From positions 1 through 64,000 of IMG/VR virus record IMGVR_UViG_3300045988_166360: a stretch of DNA of 64,000 nt. The stretch is one strand, 5' to 3'. The notes below the pieces were generated by a model. The model was not told the DNA's origin, did no database searches, and saw only the letters and a list, made by a program, of their open reading frames with translations. The translations under genes were made by a program, and so were the position numbers. The stretch's first letter is position 1, and every line of letters starts with the position of its first letter. Of the stretch, positions 57,438 through 64,000 are shown piece by piece. The stretch comes from a virus.

Positions 57438-58161
57438 AATCAAAAAGATTCAACAGCTGGTAGGCGTAACTGCTGACGGCATTATAGGCCCTAAAACCAT
57501 TGACGCAATTCTTAAGCGGTTGACTTCGGATTCCATGGGTACCGGGGAATCCGTGGATGCTTATGAAATCCGTAACCGGATGGCCGCTAAAATCCTGAAC
57601 ATGGAAGACTATAAAATTACGGGGCCAGAATCCCTGCGGGTTACGCGCCTCCCCTCCGGTGATGGAGGCGGCACCCGGGAAATCGCAGGTATCTGCGACG
57701 GGATTGAACCGGAAGTGTTTAACCGGATTAAATCTCTGCTGGACAAGGGACTGCGGGAAGAAGCATGGGAGGACTGCCTCAGCTATGTACTTGAGAATAC
57801 GGCCACCATTGCAAGCTATTTTCCGAATTATGGTTTTGGCTACGAATTCATGGTGCGCGACCTGGCCTTTAACATGGGCAATGCCGGAGCTATCAAAGTT
57901 ATCCAGGGCATGGCCAACCGTGAGGGCACTGACGAGATTGCAGTGGATGGGAAGTGGGGCATTAAAACGCAGACAGCTTTGCTGGGGCTGACCTCAACCC
58001 TGCCCGAAGACTACGTGGTTAATGCTCTGGACAAAGCGGCCCGAACCCGTTACCAAAGTATTGTGGATGCCAATCCCGTCAAGGAAAAATTCCTCAAGGG
58101 GTGGCTCAACAGATGCGACGACCGCCTGGCTTTTGCTAATACTCTTGTGTCAAGCAAATAA
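57421..58161 (+). CDS. Peptidoglycan-binding-domain protein, endolysin candidate (GH108-like with PG_binding motifs) (246 aa)
   Basis: IQQLVGVTADGIIGPKTIDAI and DGKWGIKTQTALLG match the PG_binding_1/3 pattern lQ..lG...DG.iG..T..a; GDGGGTREIAGI resembles the GH108 DPGG.TkyGI block. Confidence 0.5.
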   Translation: MTQNNKIKKIQQLVGVTADGIIGPKTIDAILKRLTSDSMGTGESVDAYEIRNRMAAKILNMEDYKITGPESLRVTRLPSGDGGGTREIAGICDGIEPEVFNRIKSLLDKGLREEAWEDCLSYVLENTATIASYFPNYGFGYEFMVRDLAFNMGNAGAIKVIQGMANREGTDEIAVDGKWGIKTQTALLGLTSTLPEDYVVNALDKAARTRYQSIVDANPVKEKFLKGWLNRCDDRLAFANTLVSSK

Positions 58162-58217
58162 TTCTTTACACAGAGAAACGCGTTTAGTATCATGGCGGCG
58201 GGGTTAATCCTGCCGCC

Positions 58218-58592
58218 ATGTTTTTATTTGCTTTACTAGGCGTGGATGTTGGTGTCTGGACAATGTTCCTGACCCGCATTGTGGAGGAAATGAGCCCCGC
58301 GTACCTGGTGTTCGTGGGGCTCATTTTCGTGGCGGTTAAACTGGGGTACAAATATCTTAGCAAAAAAATTGATTTTACCTTGGACAAGGAAAAGTCATTT
58401 TTGGTCTTGCTTCAAGAGGCTCTACATGTTATCTCCGAACTGGATGAAACTCTCGACCAACTGCATGGGAAAGTTGATGCTCTCCGAAGCGACCATGAAG
58501 AGCTACTGGAACTACTCAGACAACAAAACATAACCAATGAAATTCCTGTCAAAACTATTTCAAAACCTCGAAAACCAAAAAACAGTCTGTGA
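58218..58592 (+). CDS. Holin-like protein (two N-terminal TM helices plus C-terminal coiled coil) (124 aa)
   Basis: FLFALLGVDVGVWTMFL and AYLVFVGLIFVAV hydrophobic helices; adjacent to lysin candidate. Confidence 0.45.
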   Translation: MFLFALLGVDVGVWTMFLTRIVEEMSPAYLVFVGLIFVAVKLGYKYLSKKIDFTLDKEKSFLVLLQEALHVISELDETLDQLHGKVDALRSDHEELLELLRQQNITNEIPVKTISKPRKPKNSL

Positions 58593-59049
58593 TAAACTGG
58601 CCACAGACCTGAACTGCTTAAGCAAAGAGTTGAGTCAATGCAGAAAACGCATTGCTGAAAGAAACCGATTCTATGCTACGCTTCCCATTGGGTGTGAAGA
58701 GGAAATGAAACTGCCCAGGAACCAGTGGGCATACTTCCTAAAAGGGAAAGTGGGGATTAAATACGTAGGGGAAAACCTTACCAGTTCCGTTACCTATGTC
58801 AAAACAAGGGAGGAAGTTAAAATCCCCAGGATTATTGACAGTGAACGGTCCCACAAACTCTATGTTATTTCTGGATATGTTATTGACAGGACTACAAATC
58901 TGACATATTCTGAAGGCGAATCAATTTCTTTTTTGAGGGGAGAACCCATGTCCCTGACCATTTACGGTTATGTCAGGATGACCTGGACTCCCCCGCTTCC
59001 CGGCTCAACACTTCCGTTCTTCCATTCGAATCATGCCTCTAATTCCTAA
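58537..59049 (+). CDS. Hypothetical protein (170 aa; real start probably downstream of the overlap)
   Basis: ORF. Confidence 0.45.
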   Translation: MKFLSKLFQNLENQKTVCDKLATDLNCLSKELSQCRKRIAERNRFYATLPIGCEEEMKLPRNQWAYFLKGKVGIKYVGENLTSSVTYVKTREEVKIPRIIDSERSHKLYVISGYVIDRTTNLTYSEGESISFLRGEPMSLTIYGYVRMTWTPPLPGSTLPFFHSNHASNS

Positions 59050-61915
59050 TACTGGTGCATCCAGCCCGCAACCGCCGATAATTCCAATAGGGACCACGGA
59101 CAGTTCGTGGCGCAACGGCCATGACCCGGACCGCCCCATGGGGGAACCCATTATCAATTTTCCCTATGCCGTAGTTAAGAACGTCATGTTCTTCGTGGAA
59201 CGGATTGTCAAAAATCCTAATGAACTGTCTGCCGAACTGGGGACTCCCTACAACCCCACTGCCGGGACCACCTTCCTCCCGTACATGCGGGAAGCGGTCC
59301 TGGTCCATGTGGAACCCGTAGCGGAAGACGCGCGTCGGCATATCTATCGGTTCTACTACATGGTGCCTCCCCAGGAGCAGTTCAAATACAACATCCAGGA
59401 TATGAAAAAAATTCAGGATGGGTATACGCTTAAGGACACGGCGGCGAACGGGAAGTTTATGAGCAGTGCGGCAGATGCCGACGACTTGAAAGATTTCTAC
59501 GAGATTACCCGGGAATGGGTGGAACCCACGGATTCCGCGTACACCCCGTTAGCCCTTGGTTCCTTTGACCCCAGCAACGAGAAGCTTGACCCTGACTTCT
59601 ATGACTTGCACGATTTCACGGGCTACGATGCCCAGCTGGTTTATGAAGAAGTAGGAAAATTTGAGGAAGACTACCTCAACAAATATTTCCGAAAAGTGTT
59701 GCGCGTGTATAAAACTCTCCCCGGTCCTGTTGTCAAGGAGTTCATGCCCAACAATATGTGGGTAAAGGGGGACACTGTATGGGAAAACGGCGGCCCCGGA
59801 ACTTCTGTTCCCGAAAACGAATGGGTGTCTCAAAACGCTATCAAACTTTCCCGCGAAGTGTGGGCCGCCCCTCTGTGGGAAGGGGAAGGCGGGCCGGAAC
59901 CTGGACAGGCGCGCATCCCCCATATGCCTACGGAAGAATTCGGGGAACAGCCCATCAGCACGGGGTGGGACAAGGGTTCCTACCCCAGCCTTCAGATGTA
60001 CACTATTGTGTCCATGTTCAAGCGCAATTCATCCATTGTGGAAAAGGAACAGCAGAACAGCCTTTCCGGCAACTGTTGCAACCCCGACTCCCGGTTCGTG
60101 CGCTGTATCAACACCACAGTGACGACCAGCCAGTCAGTGGACTGGACGGCCAACGGGGACCTTCCATCCATTGAACCCCCGGACCCCAGTGAGAACTGTA
60201 GCCAATGGAGGGTGGATAGTAGTGTGGTAGTCCGAGAAGGGTATAGCCAGAAGGAAACCCGGAAGCAATGCACTACGTATAAACAGATTGACGAGTTCTG
60301 GGAATCCCAGTTCGACCGGATTACGAACCAGGTTTATCCGGTGCTTCGCAAAATCGTGCACGACCCCTCCACCGACTTCGACACGGTATGGCAGGAAGAA
60401 GGGTTCAAAAAATACACGGATGCCGTGGGTAATGTTTACTACGGGCGCAAGCTGGAAAACCCGACAATCGAAGTTCCGGTTTCCATCCCCGACACCCCCT
60501 GGACCCAGCTGACTTATTCCCTGAACGATTTTACCGCTTCGGAGGACAACCCCAGCCCGAGCGGCATGCTCACCAATTTCAGTACGGTCAACCCCTGGAA
60601 CAGCCCCAGTTATCCGAACTACGCCGGAACCTTCGCGTTCAACTGCGAATATACTTCCAACAATACCGGGGATGACAGGGGCACCGTGGTTTCCATCAAC
60701 TTCAAAGGAAACCGCTGGTGGCCTATGTATATTCAAAACAGCTACCCCACTTCGGAGTCTCCGGGAACAATTACTAATTCACCGCACTACGTGAACATTA
60801 ACCCTGACGGTCCCTGGTACACCCAGAACGGCCAGTACAAAGTCAGAGGGGAACTTTTCATAACTGACACCCTGTATGCCGAAGGGGTCACTGGCCAGAC
60901 CTGGACTTTCCCCATAGGTTATATGGACGGTTCAGGTGTGTACCAGCGCAACAATTCCTATAACCCGGAAATGAAATTTACCGTAGGAGCTTTGCCTACG
61001 GGAATCAGCAACGCTTACCTGGACGTGGAGTTGGGCCAGTTGAATCTTCATTGCTGGATTGAAAACCCAGACAACTCTAATATCACCGGGACTATTCCCA
61101 TACTCCTGAACGGCACAAAAATATTTGACATCGAAGTTTCCGGTGTAGTCAGTACCGGGAACGAACCTCCGAACGTAAGCAGTTCAAGGCTCGCCAAAGC
61201 CGACTATACGGACGGGACCTACGTCCTCAAATCCGAAGTCGTTAATAAGCTGGACATGACGTTCAACTGCCAACGGTTCCCTTACTGGCAGTTTGGAGTA
61301 ACTATAGCCAGCTTAAACGGCAATACCTATAAACGGGAAACAAGCACCGAAGTGTCCCGTGTAGTCCTCCGGCAGTGGGTGAACCCCTGCTACGCTGTGG
61401 ATAGCTACATGCAGGTTCCCGGTATTGGATATTACCGGAAATATACCACCACCATGAACTACAGTTTCCCGCCAGTCCTGGGAAGCGTCATGTGGATGCC
61501 GTGGAACACCCGGCCCGATATGTCCGGGAAAGGAGGCGGCCAATACTTCCCTACGACAACCATGTCTCAGGACTCCTATTCAGGCCCCTGCACGGCAATT
61601 GTGGAAGAACTGTTCAGCCCGGATGGTTCCTGGCCGAACACCTGGGGCCTGGGAACAACTCCGCAGTATATTACCAACAGCGGGTATTTCTCCACGCCGT
61701 TGGTGGATTTCCGTCTCCCAGCCTGCCTCCACCCTAACCTGAACTTTGTCGTGACAATCGGAAACCAGGATGCCAAATGGCAACCCGGCCAATTCACATG
61801 CACCTTCCCTTCCACCTCTGTGACCACCTGGCAACCCGTAACTTCCTACTACGCGTCCCCGTGGAACGGCGGCATGCTGTGCAAGAAAGTAACCATCTAT
61901 CCTCCAACCGCATAA
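59033..61915 (+). CDS. Large tail protein, receptor-binding or tail-spike candidate (960 aa, Trp/Tyr/Asn/Gly-rich)
   Basis: Size, composition, position after lysis genes in the tail region. Confidence 0.6.
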   Translation: MPLIPNTGASSPQPPIIPIGTTDSSWRNGHDPDRPMGEPIINFPYAVVKNVMFFVERIVKNPNELSAELGTPYNPTAGTTFLPYMREAVLVHVEPVAEDARRHIYRFYYMVPPQEQFKYNIQDMKKIQDGYTLKDTAANGKFMSSAADADDLKDFYEITREWVEPTDSAYTPLALGSFDPSNEKLDPDFYDLHDFTGYDAQLVYEEVGKFEEDYLNKYFRKVLRVYKTLPGPVVKEFMPNNMWVKGDTVWENGGPGTSVPENEWVSQNAIKLSREVWAAPLWEGEGGPEPGQARIPHMPTEEFGEQPISTGWDKGSYPSLQMYTIVSMFKRNSSIVEKEQQNSLSGNCCNPDSRFVRCINTTVTTSQSVDWTANGDLPSIEPPDPSENCSQWRVDSSVVVREGYSQKETRKQCTTYKQIDEFWESQFDRITNQVYPVLRKIVHDPSTDFDTVWQEEGFKKYTDAVGNVYYGRKLENPTIEVPVSIPDTPWTQLTYSLNDFTASEDNPSPSGMLTNFSTVNPWNSPSYPNYAGTFAFNCEYTSNNTGDDRGTVVSINFKGNRWWPMYIQNSYPTSESPGTITNSPHYVNINPDGPWYTQNGQYKVRGELFITDTLYAEGVTGQTWTFPIGYMDGSGVYQRNNSYNPEMKFTVGALPTGISNAYLDVELGQLNLHCWIENPDNSNITGTIPILLNGTKIFDIEVSGVVSTGNEPPNVSSSRLAKADYTDGTYVLKSEVVNKLDMTFNCQRFPYWQFGVTIASLNGNTYKRETSTEVSRVVLRQWVNPCYAVDSYMQVPGIGYYRKYTTTMNYSFPPVLGSVMWMPWNTRPDMSGKGGGQYFPTTTMSQDSYSGPCTAIVEELFSPDGSWPNTWGLGTTPQYITNSGYFSTPLVDFRLPACLHPNLNFVVTIGNQDAKWQPGQFTCTFPSTSVTTWQPVTSYYASPWNGGMLCKKVTIYPPTA

Positions 61916-61919
61916 TCTC

Positions 61920-62657
61920 ATGGCGTTCATTACTAAATCCTATTTGACGTATCGAAATGTATGCGACGAATTGTGTATGCTCATTACCAATACGCCGCCC
62001 TCCAAAACCAATGTTGACTTCCGCAGGATTCTAAAAGAAGCCCAGAACCTCCTGCTTAACGAAGCCACGGTATCCCCGGATTCCATGGCAACTCTTGACT
62101 TCGAAGGGATTGAACGGGACGGAACCATATCCTTGCCGGAAGAATATGACAGTATCGTTGAGGCATGGACTCCGGGGGGCCAGAGGTACAACATTGTTGA
62201 CCGGGCCATGTTCGAATCCAACACCTGGTTCCGTAGCGAGTACCCCCGCAGGCCGCACGGTTCCCCTCCCCTCATGGTGGACATGGGGCTAAATGACAAA
62301 AACCTCCGCACCTATGCCGTACTGTCTGGTAGCAATGGCATTAACGACCAGAACAACACCATGACCGTGACCGCGCGTTGCGCCCTCCGCGGGCTGTCCC
62401 TGAATGTTTATGACGACAGCGCATGGGAAGATGAAGAGGTCCGCATTTATCCGGGATGTCTTCCCGCCCTCAAGGCCATGATGCTGTCCGTAGTCTACAA
62501 TGAACAGGGCAATACCCAGATGGGCACGGACAGTTACGGACTGGCAGTCAAATACCTGAACGACCATCTTCGCAAATACCGTCAGGGCACCTATCAGGCA
62601 CCCAACATTATTCAAGTGGGTGGCCTGATGCAGAGCCCCGGACTTAATCTCATGTAA
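61920..62657 (+). CDS. Hypothetical structural protein (245 aa)
   Basis: ORF. Confidence 0.55.
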   Translation: MAFITKSYLTYRNVCDELCMLITNTPPSKTNVDFRRILKEAQNLLLNEATVSPDSMATLDFEGIERDGTISLPEEYDSIVEAWTPGGQRYNIVDRAMFESNTWFRSEYPRRPHGSPPLMVDMGLNDKNLRTYAVLSGSNGINDQNNTMTVTARCALRGLSLNVYDDSAWEDEEVRIYPGCLPALKAMMLSVVYNEQGNTQMGTDSYGLAVKYLNDHLRKYRQGTYQAPNIIQVGGLMQSPGLNLM

Positions 62658-62662
62658 CCCTT

Positions 62663-63748
62663 ATGGCAACTCAATCTACAGCTACAAGTAATGAAGGGAA
62701 GAACCCCGTAACCAAGTCTCCGCGGCAGAAGATTACTGAAGAAGTTCTGCCCAAGGTAAACCCCGACGTGCCGCTTCGCCCCAGCTCCAACAACGACCCG
62801 AACAAACCTGTCGATGCTAAGGCATTGAACGAAGTGGCCGCGGCCAACAGCAACCACGGAATCCAGAGACCTCCGGGAACCCCGGAAAGGCCCAGCGCGG
62901 CCTACTGGGCCAGCAAGGGAATCACGGAACCCACGGTTCCAGGTGCCGCGGACCCGAACAGCAGAGCCTATGCGGAAGCCCAGCGGGCCAGTTACCAAAA
63001 ACTCATAGCCCAGGGGCCGACCGCAGAGGACAGGCTTCTCATGAGGGGCGTGGACCAGAATGTAAGCAGAGGGCAGATGCCTGTAATCAGAGGACCTGAA
63101 CCCGCCGTACCCACGGGACCCACGGTACCCACGGGACCCGGGGGTCGAACTTCCGCGTCTTCGAATCTGACCTTCGGGGACTTCAGTGCGAAAATGAAGA
63201 ATGACCTCCCCCCGGAACAGTATAAACTTTTCCAGTCCCTGTCTCCCGCTGTACAAACAAACCTATACAACAGGTTTAAAGCGCAACAGATTAGACAGAT
63301 GGGAACCACGGGAACCACGGGAACCACGGGAACCACGGGAACCACGGGAACCACGGGAACCGTGGGGGCCTTGCCTGCCGGGGGTTCTCCCATACCTACG
63401 GCAGAAACAACCCCGCTGGGACGGGATGAAAAAATGCTGAATGTTCTGCGGGACTCTACAGCAGACCCGCAAGCCAGGGCTCAAGCCAAAGCCTATCTGA
63501 CGGTCAAGACCATGTATGCCCAGAAAGGAAAATACGCAAACGAAATTAAAGCCCTGGAACGAGGTGCCCGCGCTTACCGTAAACAACTGGACAATATGTT
63601 CAAAAATACTTTGAACCGAAGGGACCCGCGGTACCAACAACAGTATGACCACCTAAGATTGCTGAGGAAGAACAACCCGCAGGCGAAACTTATCATGTAC
63701 ACGGAACTGTTGAAGAGGCCGGAGTTTGCTTCTCTTAGATTCAAATAA
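62663..63748 (+). CDS. Low-complexity structural protein with (PTG)3 and (GTT)7 tripeptide repeats and basic C-terminus (361 aa)
   Basis: Repeats encoded by the 9-bp tandem arrays at 63107-63139 and 63301-63363. Confidence 0.6.
   Translation: MATQSTATSNEGKNPVTKSPRQKITEEVLPKVNPDVPLRPSSNNDPNKPVDAKALNEVAAANSNHGIQRPPGTPERPSAAYWASKGITEPTVPGAADPNSRAYAEAQRASYQKLIAQGPTAEDRLLMRGVDQNVSRGQMPVIRGPEPAVPTGPTVPTGPGGRTSASSNLTFGDFSAKMKNDLPPEQYKLFQSLSPAVQTNLYNRFKAQQIRQMGTTGTTGTTGTTGTTGTTGTVGALPAGGSPIPTAETTPLGRDEKMLNVLRDSTADPQARAQAKAYLTVKTMYAQKGKYANEIKALERGARAYRKQLDNMFKNTLNRRDPRYQQQYDHLRLLRKNNPQAKLIMYTELLKRPEFASLRFK
63107..63139. repeat. Tandem 9-bp repeat (CCCACGGGA/CCCACGGTA)x3 to 4
   Basis: Read directly. 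Confidence 0.85.
63301..63363. repeat. Tandem 9-bp repeat (GGGAACCAC)x7
   Basis: Read directly; encodes GTTGTTGTT... Confidence 0.9.
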
Positions 63749-63863
63749 TTCCACGACCGGAGAGTGAAGTATTTTCACTTGACGTTAGCCCCCGCTTTGA
63801 TAGACTTAGGCAGTCCCCAAAGCGGGGGCGCATTATATTAGCAACCAAACATTTAAGCAGATG

Positions 63864-64000
63864 GCCATTGATTTTACTAAAGCCAGCCTGACGGATTGGG
63901 ACCTGGATTCCGAACGTGCAGAACGACGGGAGGCCCGCGCCGCAGAAAAGCATGCCGCATGGCAACAGACACAGGAACAGAAAGCCCTGGACCGCCAGGC
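63864..64000 (+). CDS. 5' end of a further plus-strand gene (truncated by window end)
   Basis: ORF open to end of window. Confidence 0.4.

Noticed and set aside
1-64000. Integrase, attP, repressor or other lysogeny module; rRNA genes
   Set aside because: No tyrosine or serine recombinase motifs and no rRNA-like conserved stretches were found in any frame. The only HTH proteins are small and lie in the late region.

Overview
The window is a contiguous stretch of a tailed dsDNA phage (Caudoviricetes) genome. Gene density is about 90 percent except for one 2.8-kb non-coding hub, and there are no rRNA or tRNA genes and no integrase. Coordinates 1-5806 hold the 3' part of the virion module: a giant 1911-aa protein with an HExxH motif whose 5' end runs into (GGATACCAC)n repeats at the window edge. 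Coordinates 6.6-20.0 kb are an AT-rich block of 24 small minus-strand genes, likely early or host-takeover functions. Only ThyX, a DUF3310-like protein and several zinc-ribbon proteins are recognisable there. Each of these genes appears to be driven by a sigma70-like promoter (TTGACA-N16-TAnnnT) with a conserved upstream element. Coordinates 19.95-22.77 kb are a repeat-dense divergent control region. It carries three exact 24-bp repeats, a 10-bp-phased array, paired 33-bp repeats, and two promoter-plus-terminator units that look like small RNAs of about 180 and 140 nt. Coordinates 22.8-64 kb are a plus-strand replication, recombination, packaging, head, tail and lysis arm: AEP-primase/SF3-helicase fusion, family A DNA polymerase, SNF2 helicase, Cas4/RecB-like nuclease, RuvC-like resolvase, TerL, portal, scaffold, major capsid, tail fibre, a peptidoglycan-binding lysin candidate and a holin-like protein. 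The tail and accessory region contains a four-gene cassette that looks like a CMP-nonulosonic-acid or Kdo-type glycosylation pathway: a GT2-like glycosyltransferase, a NeuA/KdsB-like cytidylyltransferase, a GT42 (CstII)-like sialyltransferase, and a second divergent cytidylyltransferase. Other unusual features follow. A genome-wide family of in-frame 9-bp tandem repeats (core GGAAYCC / CCACGG) encodes (DTT)n, (GTT)n, (KES)n and (PTG)n, and also occurs in non-coding DNA. A duplicated 310-bp terminator-promoter cassette flanks a GC-rich moron. Shine-Dalgarno sequences are almost absent, with several apparently leaderless mRNAs. The only perfect Shine-Dalgarno sequence sits in the control region.
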